DNA from: Eledone cirrhosa
Taxonomy: Eukaryota
Assembly (NCBI GenBank): GCA_964016885.1
Contig: OZ024741.1
Coordinates: 320,354,001-320,418,000 of the forward strand
Reading direction: 5' to 3'
DNA length: 64,000 nucleotides
The notes under the pieces are model-generated. The model was given only the letters and a program-made list of their open reading frames with translations. It had not been told where the DNA came from and ran no database searches. Shown here one piece after another: positions 41,601 to 52,331 of the stretch (the stretch's first letter is position 1; every line of letters begins with the position of its first letter). Position numbers and translations under genes: made by a program.

Positions 41601-42032
41601 CCCGTTCCAATCGCCCACTGACACTAAAGAGCGGGACGTTCCAAGAAAGGTCTCCAGACGCCGGAAGAAATCAGGCTGCCCTGCTCCTGTCGGGGCATAG
41701 ACGGCCACTAGCCTGAAAGCTTGCCCGTCTCCGCTGGTCACGTCCAGCACCACCAACTTACCCTCTGGGTCCAGGAAGATGGCCCGTATGGCGAGATCCA
41801 AACCTCTCCGAAAAAGCACAGCAACTCCTCCCCCCGATCCAGGACGGCTGGGAGATGAGTACACATCGTAGCCGCCAAAGATCGGTGCGAAGGCCCGTGC
41901 TTCGGAGATTCTGGTCTCGCTGATGGCCACTACATCTATGTTTAGTGACCTGAGGTCGTTGAGCAGGTGACCCTGCTTCCATGACGACCCCAAGCCACGC
42001 GCATTTATGCTGCCTATTCTGAGTGGGGTCAT
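38671..42032 (-). pseudogene. Tx1 ORF2 of copy A, frameshifted
   Basis: ORFs 40770-42095 (APE) and 38788-40713 (RT, YADD, CCHC); ~58 bp deletion near 40790 and 1 bp deletion near 38807 relative to copy B. Confidence 0.92.
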
Positions 42033-42057
42033 GTTTAAAATAGAGTGGGAAGACCAC

Positions 42058-44182
42058 TTACCGTACTTTTCGTATAGGAGGGATGTTTTTTCCATCCTTT
42101 TTCACTTGATCGTCTGGTGAAGGGACCGTTGAATCGTCCCTTCGGCTGGTCGTCGGCTCTTCTATGAGTATGTCCGAATATACTCTTCGGTTGAGTGTCC
42201 CTCCTAGGTCTCTGAAATCACCAACTGCGTTGGGGAATTTCGTTTTAATATTTGTGTATTGTTTCTGTGCTATTTTTAGCAGTCTTATGTTAGTTGGCGT
42301 ATTGATTGGTGCTGGTATTATGTAGTCGTGTTGTGAAATGTCTGTGTGTTCAATTATGAAAGTCATTAGTTTCTTGTTGTGTGTATTTATTGCCGTGCAT
42401 TTGTTTTTCTGGGGGTGGGGTGTGGTTCTTCTATTTTCTTGTCGTTGTTGCTGGGTGTGTGTGTTTTGTTGTTGTGTTTGCGATGTTGGTGCTTGTGGTG
42501 GTGGTGTTGAAGGTGTTGTTGGCGGTGGGGTTGTCGCCGGTGGTGATGGTGGTGCTAGTGTGGGTGGTGATGGTGTTGGTGGTGTTGCTGCTGTGAGTCT
42601 CTTTGCAGTAGCCTTTACCCTTTTTTCATTTCTTTCCTCCCTTTTCAAAGGCGACGATGCGCTGCTTCTGCGTTTGTGCCTTCTTACGACCTTTTGCCAT
42701 CCCTCTAACCTCACACTCCATGTCTGATTCTGTGAGGTCGGGGAGGGGTACCAGCTCCACTCTTTCACTTGTTGTTGTTGGTGATGTTTGCACTGGAGCC
42801 TCTGTTGCAGCTGCATTTGGTATTGCTGTTGTTGTTGTTAATACTTCCACTGCTGCTGCTGTTTTTGATTTCCGTGGCGTGGGTATGGGTGCCACGGACC
42901 TATCGTTCCTGGTTGCCGCTTGTCCTGTTGCTGGTAGCCGTGGAGCCGGTTTCGGAAGGAGGGGGGGGGGTTCTCTTTTCTCAGGGTCTTCTCGTTGCAG
43001 AAGGCCCTGAGGTGAGTTTTCGATCCACAGCGGAAGCATTTTGGGCGTTTTCCCTCAACACTTATGGGCAGTTGAGTGCCGTTATCGAAGTCTATCACAT
43101 GCGGGATAGCTTCGATGCACTCCTGGTTGGTTTGGATTAACATCTCAATGGAGGTGCCGACCCAACATTCTCTTACTTTTTTCTGTACTTGCAGTACAGT
43201 TGTTTTGTCCTCGCTTCCGACGAGGACAGACGCGGCCAGCCAAGAAGGGGCCATCCCGAGGATAACGTGGGTCAGTTTGACCCTCACAATCTTTTGCCCG
43301 CAGTAGGAGGGCACCAACACCATTTCCTCGCTCCTTAGGGTCATTAAGGATTGAGCCTTTGCCTCCTGGGGTGTGGCAAAAAGTACGTCTACGGTGGCAT
43401 ATTTCTTGCCTCGGGTGATGTGCGTTTTCCGCTGCCACACAGACCCCAAGGCTTTTTTGTATTTGAGCCTCTGTGGCTCTTTCAATCCTACGGGATTTTG
43501 TACTTACTGTACGGTACGTGACCGTACAGTGCTGTTGGGTTTCGAAAAATGTTTCCGCTGCCTTGCAGATTGCTCGGTGTCCGGTTTTTGTCACCATCTT
43601 CTTCGCTTCCTCTAATTCCTCATTTGTTATGAGGATGGTTTCCAGGTTCTTTGCGATACCTGCAAACGAGATTGGTTTTTCTTTGTTGCTGTTGTTGTTG
43701 TTGTTGTCGTCAGAACTGCTGTTACTTTTGTTGTTGCTGCAGGTACTACGACTACTGCCGCCGCCGCTGTTGCTGTGGTTGTTGTTGTTGTTGCTGCTGC
43801 TGCTGTTGTTGTTGCTGCTAATGCTGTTGTTGTTTATGCTGCTGGTGATGCTGTTGCGGCTGCTACTGTTGTTTTCCTCGTCACTGTTGCTGCTGTTATT
43901 ACAGCTGCTACTGCTATTATTCCTGACGTCAGACGAATGAAATGGGTTTTCGTATTTCCCACACACCTTTTTCGTCGTTGTCGTCGTCGTCGTGGAGAAA
44001 TCTTGCTCGCTTTGCACGTGATTTTTCTTTTCTGGCGTCGCTTGCGAAAGAGAAGGGAGGGGGAAAGACACATTTAGAGAAGGGAGGGAGAGAGACAATC
44101 TTCTCTCTGCTGTAGTGACGATTGAGGAAGAAGAAGACGGAATGAGTGGCAGTGACCTATGAAAATTCTTTTTCGTAGCCAT
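42058..44182 (-). pseudogene. Tx1 ORF1 of copy A (gag-like nucleic-acid-binding protein), frameshifted
   Basis: Pieces 43145-44215, 42838-43485, 42626-43039 and 42058-42816 join into one protein: S/N-rich tract, globular region, CFRCGSKTHLRAFC (Cx2Cx4Hx4C), P/T-rich tail; several breaks lie at homopolymers. Confidence 0.85.
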
Positions 44183-44397
44183 GTTGTTTTTTTGTTTAAA
44201 ATAAATATTGGGCACAAAACCCCAATAGGCGGTTATTTAACCACGAAGGGCCAAATAACGGGCAGAAAGACCCCTCTCACGAGGAGGAGGGTGTTTTTGT
44301 CTACAAGTTGGTTAAAGTTTTAAACAATTTACAATTGTTATAGCGGTCAAAATTTACAATACCTTACAGAGCCGAGCCTCCGTCAACCATAGCATTC

Positions 44398-44439
<42 letters not shown>
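44398..44439. repeat. (AAT)14 spacer between Tx1 copies A and B
   Basis: Pure AAT run, the only sequence between the two elements. Confidence 0.95.
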
Positions 44440-44441
<2 letters not shown>

Positions 44442-44700
44442 TTTCTTTATTAACCACAAGGGTTTACATAAAGTAGACATTAAGGACAGTGCAGGACAAT
44501 GCAGGACGGTACAAATGGGCATTTCTGCGTGTAAAAAACAAAAACAGAGGATGTAACAAAAATAACAATGAAAATAACAATGAAAAATTCCCCAATAGGG
44601 GGGAGACTTCGGAGGGACATTTGTGGAGAAAGCCCAGTAAAAAGCCACAATGACCCTGACCACCAAGGCAAGTGCCCTCTCCCAGTTTTCCACCTTTAAT

Positions 44701-47700
44701 TTACAGATATATACTCAGAGTAGGCCCATTCACTCGGGCCATTCTTGCTTCTCTCACCCATCTTTCAACAAAATGCTGGGAAGAGAGCACTTCCCTCTCT
44801 ACTCTGATTTTCCTTTTCAAATGAAATTTGAAAAAGTCAATCAGAGCATCACCGAAGAGGTAAGTGCTCGTCTTCAGCCCTTTCAAACGTGTCCACCATA
44901 CTATCTCTTTCGCCATGGCCACCAGACAGATAAAAACTGCCTGCCCTTCCCGGCTAAAGGAGGAGGGCGGGGTAATCCGCACGATGGACTCAGATGATAG
45001 CCGGATCCGTCCTAAACGCGACAGCAGGTGTTCGACATGAACCCACAAGTCAGCAATTTTCGGACACTGGACGAGTGCGTGCAGGACGGTTTCGTCGCCC
45101 TGCGCGCATCTCGGACATGCCCGGCTGACGGCACCTCCATGCCTGTAGAGTTTATCCCGAACTGGCAAGGCTCCTCGGTAGCACTGCCAGGCCAGAGATA
45201 TCTGGAAGTTGTCCATAGGCCCTGGCCCGAAAGTTCTTCCGAAGAGATTGGCTAGTTGATTTTCGTCGACGCCTAGAGTTTCCCCAAGTACGTCGTCGCT
45301 CTTCCCCTCCACTAATCCTCTATAGAACGCCGAGGTGGAGTTTCCACCGATCACATTGCCCGATTGGTCGAGGGGTGTGAGCGCCTGAAGACATTCCAGT
45401 CTCCAGGCGCTCCCTCTCGGTCTTCGCTAGACCCAGGACTGCAGCTCCGTCAAGGAAACGAGCTGGGGAAATACGCGTCTAGCAAACGGCGACCACACCT
45501 GATAACCGTCGAGGAAGAGGGGGAGTTGTCGTAGCCTGAGCGCGTGCCTGCGCATCATCAGCCACGGCATGCCCAGCCCTCTACGTAGCGGGTGTTGATA
45601 ACAGATGGACCGCCTGACCATCGGAGCGCGTCCCTTCCACAAAAAGCGAAAGAGCAAACGCTCCAGCGCAGTCAGGCGAGGCATAGGACAAGGTACGACG
45701 GTCAGGCGGTAGCAGATGACGGACGCGATGTACGCGTTAGCCACCTCCGCTCGACCTTTCAGGGATAGCTTCCTCTCGGCCCATTTCTGGGTGAGAGAAG
45801 CCACCCTGCTCGTCACCTCGTCCCAGTTTTTGTCCGTCTGGAGGTCCGGACCGAACCAGACCCCTAGCAATTTAACCGGTCCGTCCGTCCAGCGTCCGAC
45901 GACGCTGTTGGACGGCATGGACCTGCCTCTCCAGGTGCCGAGCTGCAGGCCCACTGACTTTTCCTGGTTGATCATTGCTCCTGTCACCGCTTCGTATTCT
46001 CTTAGTGTAGTGCCGATCGCCTCGATGTGTTTGGCGTTCGACACCACTACGGTGACATCGTCGGCATATGCTGACACGGATCTTCCGCATCCTAGTTCGC
46101 GCGGGATGCCCCTCAACGTCTCCAGTTTGTGCAGTAATGGCTCGAGAGTCAATACGTACAAGAGGGACGAGAGGGGACATCCTTGGCGGACCGAGCGCAT
46201 GATGTTGAACGGTTCCGACAGGTGAACGTTCACTCTCACCACAGAGCAGATGTCGCTGTGCATGGCAGCGATCCAGCCTCTGAAGACGGGCCCAAAGCCA
46301 GCCGCCCTCAGGACTGCCGCTAGGTAACGATGGTCGACCCTATCGAAAGCTTTCGACTGATCTAAATTGATCAAGGACCCACCCGTGCCAGGTTCCCTAG
46401 CTACCCTCTCTACGATGTATCGCATGAGGTGGAGGTTGTCGTGAATGGATCTGTCGGAAATGGCGCATGTCTGCGCCGCTCCCACCAGACCACCAACGAC
46501 AAGCGCCAACCTCTTTGCTAGCACCTTGGCCAAAATCTTGAACTCTGTGTTTAGCAGAGTTATAGGCCGGAAATTATCTATGTTATCCCCCTTGTTCGGA
46601 TCCTTTCTCAGCAGTGCCACCGCTCCTCGGCTCACAGAACTGGGAATTCTCCCGTTCTGTTGCCAGTTGCAGTAGACGTCCGCCAAGAGGCCTCCGAACA
46701 AGTCTGGCATCTGTACGTAAAGTTCATAGGGCAGACCATCCAAACCAGGCGATTTACCCCTTGTGCAGCCAGTCATTGCCTCCCTTACTTCAGCGGCTGT
46801 TATCGGCTTTTCGCAACACTTCGCCTCAGTGGCCGAGAGCCGCGGCAGTCCGTCGAGGTAGACACTAAAGTCCATCCCTAGACCCGGCCCACCGCTGCCC
46901 CCGAACAGCTGAGCGAAGTGTCGCTGAAAAGCTTCACACATTTGCCCGGGATCGAGTAGCATGCGCCCGTCGTGGTTCACCAAAGACCGGATCGTGGCTT
47001 TGTTGCCACGACGTGCCTCCGCCACTCGGGCCCATTGAACGGCTTTCGTCCCCTCGTGTCTGAGAGCACGCACCCTTGCTCTGACAACGCAGCCTTCGTA
47101 CTTAGTGAAGAATTGGTCAAGGGCCAATTTCGCCGCAAGCACGTCGGTCGCAATGCCTTTGCTAAGCGCCTCGTCTAATTTTCTAACTAGTTCTCCCTCT
47201 GCTCTATTTTTCTCTATTGCTAAAGCCTTACTAAACCTAATGGATTCTATTCTAATCGCTCTTTTCAGAGCAAACCACCACTTGTTGTTGACGGTGGCCC
47301 CCGTCAACGCCCGCTTAACTAGTTCGCTAATCCGGTCTCTGTAGGCCTTGCGCGCTGGTAAGGACGCGTTTAGCTTCCAGTAGCCGGGTCCTCGTCTATG
47401 AAGCCTATCTAAGTCAAGCACACAGATCACGAATTTGTGGTCCGTGTAGCTGACCATCTTGAATTGTGGACAGCCTATGCTAGACCTATCTATTTCCCTA
47501 CAAAATACTCTATCTAGATATGATCTGGATGACCCTATGCGATTTGTCCAAGTCCACATTGGCACATTCTGGAAATCCAATCGGTACCTGTCAGACAGTT
47601 CAAAACGCCTGAGCAGGTTCGTGAGGCTCTTGCACCCTCCACCCCTATCCGCTAATCCCACACAGTCCCAGCGTGCATCTAAGATCCCGTTCCAGTCGCC

Positions 47701-48117
47701 CACTAACACTAAATAGCGGGACGTTCCAAGAAAGGTCTCCAGACGCCGGAAGAAATCAGGCCGCCCTGCTCCTGTCGGGGCATAGACGGCCACTAGCCTG
47801 AAAGCTTGCCCGTCTCCGCTGGTCACGTCCAGCACCACCAGCTTACCCTCTGGGTCCAGGAAGATGGCCCGTATGGCGAGATCCAAACCTCTCCGAAAAA
47901 GCACAGCAACTCCTCCCCCCGATCCAGGACGGCTGGGAGATGCGTACACATCGTAGCCGCCAAAGATCGGTGCGAAGGCCCGTGCTTCGGAGATTCTGGT
48001 CTCGCTGATGGCCACTACATCTATGTTTAGTGACCTGAGGTCGTTGAGCAGGTGACCCTGCTTCCATGACGACCCCAAGCCACGCGCATTTATGCTGCCT
48101 ATTCTGAGTGAGGTCAT
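44701..48117 (-). pseudogene. Tx1 ORF2 of copy B: APE endonuclease, reverse transcriptase and C-terminal CCHC (~1138 codons), broken by one in-frame TAG
   Basis: APE motifs IGSINARGL, ISET, VYAP, GDWN, YLDR, TDH; GPGYWKLN; RT motifs KSPGLDG, FRPITLLN, LDQSKAFDRV, RQGCPLS, YADD; CPRC..ETVLHALVQC. ORFs 45427-48117 and 44701-45354 are in frame across a TAG at 45427-45429 that is AAG in copy A. Confidence 0.93.
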
Positions 48118-48152
48118 GTTTAAAATAGAGTGGAAAAGATGGGAAAGACCAC

Positions 48153-50226
48153 TTACCGTACTTTTCGTAGAGGAGGGATGGTTTTTACATCCCTTTTCAC
48201 TTGATCGTCTGGTGAAGGGACCGTTGAATCGTCCCTTCGGCTGGTCGTCGGCTCTTCTAAGAGAATTTCTGAATATACTCTTCGGTTGATAGATCCTCCT
48301 AGGTCCCTGAAATCACCAACTGCGTTGGGGAATTTCGTTTTAATGTTTGTGTATTGTTTCTGTGCTATTTTTAGCAGTCTTATGTTAGTTGGCGTTTTGA
48401 TTGGTGCTGGTATTATGTAGTCCTGTTGTGAAATGTCTGTGTGTTCAATTATGTAAGTCATTAGTTTCTTGTTGTGTGTATTTATTGCCGTGCATTTGTT
48501 TTTCTGGGGGTGGGGTGTGGTTCTTCTATTTTCTTGTCGTTGTTGCTGGGTGTGTCTGTTTTGTTGTTGTGTTTGCGATGTTGGTGCTTGTGGTGGTGGT
48601 GTTGAAGGTGTTGTTGGCGGTGGGGTTGTCACCGGTGGTGATGGTGGTGCTAGTGTGGGTGGTGATGGTGTTGGTGGTGTTGCTGCTGTGGGTCTCTTTG
48701 CAGTAGACTTTACCCTTTTCTCATTTCTTTCCTCCCTTTTCAAAGGCGACGATGCGCTGCTTCTGCGTTTGTGCCTTCTTACGACCTTTTGCCATCCCTC
48801 TCCCACCTCACACTCCATGTCTGATACTGTGAGGTCGGGGAGGGGTACCAGCTCCACTCTTTCAATTGTTGTTGTTGGCGATGTTTGCACTGGAGTCTCT
48901 GTTGCAGCTGCATTTGGTATTGCTGTTGTTGTTGTTAATATTTCCACTGCTGCTGTTGTTTTTGATTTCCGTGGCGTGGGTATGGGTGCCACGGACCTAT
49001 CGTTCCTGGTTGCCGCTTGTCCTGTTGCTGGTAGCCGTGGAGCCGGTTTTGGAAGGAGGGGGGTTTTCTCCTTTCTCAGGGTCTTCTCGTTGCAGAAGGC
49101 CCTGAGGTGAGTCTTCGATCCACAGCGAAAGCATTTCGGGCGTTTGCCCTCAACACTTATGGGAAGTTGAGTGCCGTTATCGAAGTCTATCACATCCGGG
49201 ATAGCTTCGATGCACTCCTGGTTGGTTTGGATTAGCATCTCAATGGAGGTGCCGACCCAATCTTCTATTATTTTTTTCTGTACTTGCAGTACAGTTGTTT
49301 TGTCCTCGATTCCGACGAGGACAGACGCGGCCAGCCAAGAAGGGGCCATTCCGGGGGGGGGGGGGGCGTGGGTCAGTTTGACCCTCACAATCTTTTGCCC
49401 GCAGGCACCAACACCATTTCCTCGCTCCTTAGGGTCACTACGGATTGGGCCTTTGCCTCCTGGGGTGTGGCAAAAAGTACGTCTACGGTGGCATATTTTT
49501 TGCCTCGGGTGATGTGCGTTTTCCGCTGCCACACAGACCCCAAGGCTTTTTGTATTTGGGCCTCTGTGGCTCTTTCCACCCTACGGGATTTTGTTCTTAC
49601 TGTACGGTACATGACCGTACAGTGCTGTTGGGTTTAGAAAAATTTTCCGCTGCCTTGCAGATTGCTCGGTGTCCATTCTTTGTCACCATCTTCTTCGCTT
49701 CCTCTAATTCCTCATTTGTTATGAGGATTGTTTCCAAGTTTTTCGCAATACCTGCAAATGAGATTGGATTTTCTTTGCTGCTGTTGTTGTTGTTGTCGTC
49801 AGAGCTGCTGTTACTTTTGTTGTTGCTGCAGGTACTACGACTACTGCCGCCGCCGCTGTTGCTGTGGTTGTTGTTGGTGTTGCTGCTGCTAATGCTGTTG
49901 TTGTTTATGCTGCTGGTGATGCTGTTGCGGCTGCTACTGTTGTTTTCATTGTCACTGTTGCTGTTGTTATTACGGCTGCTACTGCTATTATTCCTGACGT
50001 CAGACGAATGAACTGCTTTTTCGTATATCCCGCACACCTGTTTCGTCGCTGTCGTCGTCGTCGTGGAGAAACCTTGCACGCTTTGCACGAGACTTTTCTT
50101 TTCTTTCGTCGCTTGCGAAAGAGAAGGGAGGGAGAGAGACAATCTTCTCTCTGCTGTAGTGATGATTGAGGAAGAAGAAGACGGAATGCGTGGGAGTGAC
50201 CTATGAAATTTCTTTTTCGTAGCCCT
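48153..50226 (-). pseudogene. Tx1 ORF1 of copy B, frameshifted, start codon mutated (ATG to AGG)
   Basis: Pieces 49597-50142, 49385-49612 and 48153-49532; CFRCGSKTHLRAFC knuckle; homologous to copy A ORF1. Confidence 0.85.
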
Positions 50227-50444
50227 GTTGTTTTTTTTATGTTTAAAATAAATATTGTGTACAAAACCCCAATAAGCAGTTATTTAACCCCGAAGGGCCA
50301 AATAACGGGCAGAAAGACCCCTCTCACGAGGAGGAGGGTGTTTTTGTCTACAAGCTCGTTAAAGTTTTAAACAATTTACAATTGATATAGTGTTCAAAAT
50401 TTACAATACCTTACAGAGCCGAGCCTCCGTCAACCATAGCATTC

Positions 50445-50501
<57 letters not shown>
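50445..50501. repeat. (AAT)19 at the 5' end of Tx1 copy B
   Basis: Pure AAT run abutting the element's first base. Confidence 0.95.
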
Positions 50502-50502
<1 letters not shown>

Positions 50503-51089
50503 GGGAAGAGACGCACATGGTGGATATAGTGTTATGGAATCGCCCCCGTAAGTTTTGGATTTTTACTTATTTAAAACAACTGTGATAGAATAATTCTTAT
50601 TACAAATGGAACATAAGATTACATTTTTTTTACTCTCAACAAGTGACAACGCATCACATTATTGCATAGGGCCCCAATATTTAATATTTAATTTTGGATC
50701 AGAAATGTTATAGTCAAAAAAAGGAAAATGGCTACGTGGACAACAGGCAAATAATTTCACCACCAACACCACCACTGCCACCATAACCACTACCGCACAA
50801 AAAAATCTAGCCAAACCAACTGTTACTTCAACACCATCACTACAGTACTACTATCACATCACCACCACCAGTACTGCATCATTATTGCTACCGCCGCTAT
50901 TCTCTCCCACTAACTCCTGTTAAGACAGAGATATAGAAGTATTCCCACTAAGTGAGGAAGGTATCAAAAGATATAAATTTGATGACCCGGTCAGAGGCAA
51001 CAACAACAACAAAAAAAACGTTATTGCTGCTGTACCTCTAAAACTCCCTCAAAGTGTTTAGTTTAAACGATGTCAAATCTAAACTATAA

Positions 51090-52075
51090 TATAATAATAA
51101 TAATTGTTTCTATTGTTTTTCTTTCTTTGGCGCAGGGCCGGCAATTGCCCAGTGCATTGTTGGTGTTTTGTTTTATCGACTCGGTGGGGATGGAGGACAA
51201 CGTTAACCTCGGCTGATAATAATAATAATTGTTTCTACTTTCGGCACAAGGCCAGCAATTACCCAGTGTATTACTGGTACTCTATTTTATCAACCCCGTA
51301 AGGATGAAAGGCAACGTTAACTTCGGCGGGATTTGAACTCACAATAATAATTGTTTCTACTTTAGGTACAAGGCCAGCAAAATACCCAGTGCATTACTGG
51401 TACTTTATTTTATCGACCCCGTAAGGATGAAAGGCAAACTCAAGCTCGGCGGGATTTGAACTCAGATCGTAAAGGGACGTAACTATGCTGGAAAGCATGG
51501 CGTCCGACCCTCTACCGATACTGCCAATCCACCGCCCTCACAATAATAATTGTTTCTACTTTAGGCACAAGGCCAGCAATTACCAGTGCATTACTGGTAC
51601 TTTATTTTATCGACCCCGTAAGGATGAAAGGCAAAGTCAACCTCGGCGGGATCAATAATAATGATAAGCAACAAGTCGAAACAAATTTCAAAGGTTTTGA
51701 ACGCAACAGCCCTACATCTCATGAAGCTAAAATCAAAAAATCAAAAACCAAAACAGCACCACAGCAACGAAAAGAAAAACAAACCAACAAACAAAAAAAC
51801 TAAGTCACATATTCAAACATTACAGTGCATTGCTGGTGCTTTCTCTTGTCAACTCCGTGGGGATGAAGGGCAAAGTTAACCTCGGCTGATAATAATTGTT
51901 TTTATTTTAGGCGCAAGGCCAGCAATATCAGTATATTACTGGTACTTTATTTTATCGACCCCGTAAAGATGAAAGGCAAAGTTAACCTCGGCGGGATTTG
52001 AACTCAGATCATAAAGGGACGTAACTATATGCTTCAAAGCATGGTGTCCGACTCTCTACCGATACTGCCAGCTGA
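51090..52075 (-). mobile_element. Stack of about 6 co-oriented Nin-domain SINE copies separated by (AAT)n
   Basis: Repeated AATAATTGTTTCTACTTT.GGCACAAGGCCAGCAA..CGACCCCGTAAGGATGAAAGGCAA units; full copy at ~51342-51539. Confidence 0.88.
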
Positions 52076-52272
52076 TAATAATAATAATGATAAGCAACAA
52101 GTCAAAACAAACTTCAAAAGTTTTGAACGCAACAGCCCTATTTCTCATGAAGCTAAAATCAAAAAATCAAAAACCAAAACAGCACAGCCACAACGAAAAA
52201 CGTAAAGAAAAGAAAAACAAACGAACAAACAAACACACAAAAACACTAAGTCAGACATTCAAACATTACATT
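51655..52272. repeat. ~180 bp direct repeat (51655-51823, 52082-52272) within the SINE stack
   Basis: AATGATAAGCAACAAGTC.AAACAAA.TTCAAA..TTTTGAACGCAACAGCCCTA twice. Confidence 0.85.
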
Positions 52273-52331
52273 ACAATGAAAGTTATGTTTATTTTTTAAA
52301 GTTTTTACCTATTTATTTGTTTATTTATTTA

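Larger units (their letters stand above)
38423..44397 (-). mobile_element. Full-length Tx1-clade (L1 group) non-LTR retrotransposon, copy A
   Basis: 5'UTR, ORF1 (CCHC knuckle), ORF2 (APE, RT, CCHC), 3'UTR ending AATAAAGAAAAAA(TTA)n; flanked by (AAT)14 at 38381-38422 and (AAT)14 at 44398-44439; co-linear with copy B. Confidence 0.93.
44440..50444 (-). mobile_element. Full-length Tx1-clade non-LTR retrotransposon, copy B
   Basis: Same 5' terminus as copy A (GAATGCTATGGTTGACGGAGGCTCGG) and matching 3' end; flanked by (AAT)14 and (AAT)19 (50445-50501). Confidence 0.93.

Noticed and set aside
44265-44295. CTC-CTCCTCGT-GAG in the Tx1 5'UTR resembling HDV ribozyme P3/L3
   Set aside because: No convincing P1, P1.1 or P2 partners; a simple hairpin explains it
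38998-50169. Plus-strand ORFs inside the Tx1 elements
   Set aside because: Antisense shadows of GC-rich ORF1/ORF2; presence in both copies reflects recent common origin
38423-50444. Tandem Tx1 copies as a pure assembly duplicate or an LTR pair
   Set aside because: Many distinct multi-base indels and substitutions, and non-LTR domain content; read-level confirmation still advisable
51090-52075. Regularly recurring repeats resembling a CRISPR array
   Set aside because: Eukaryotic SINE copies of variable length; no unique spacers or cas genes
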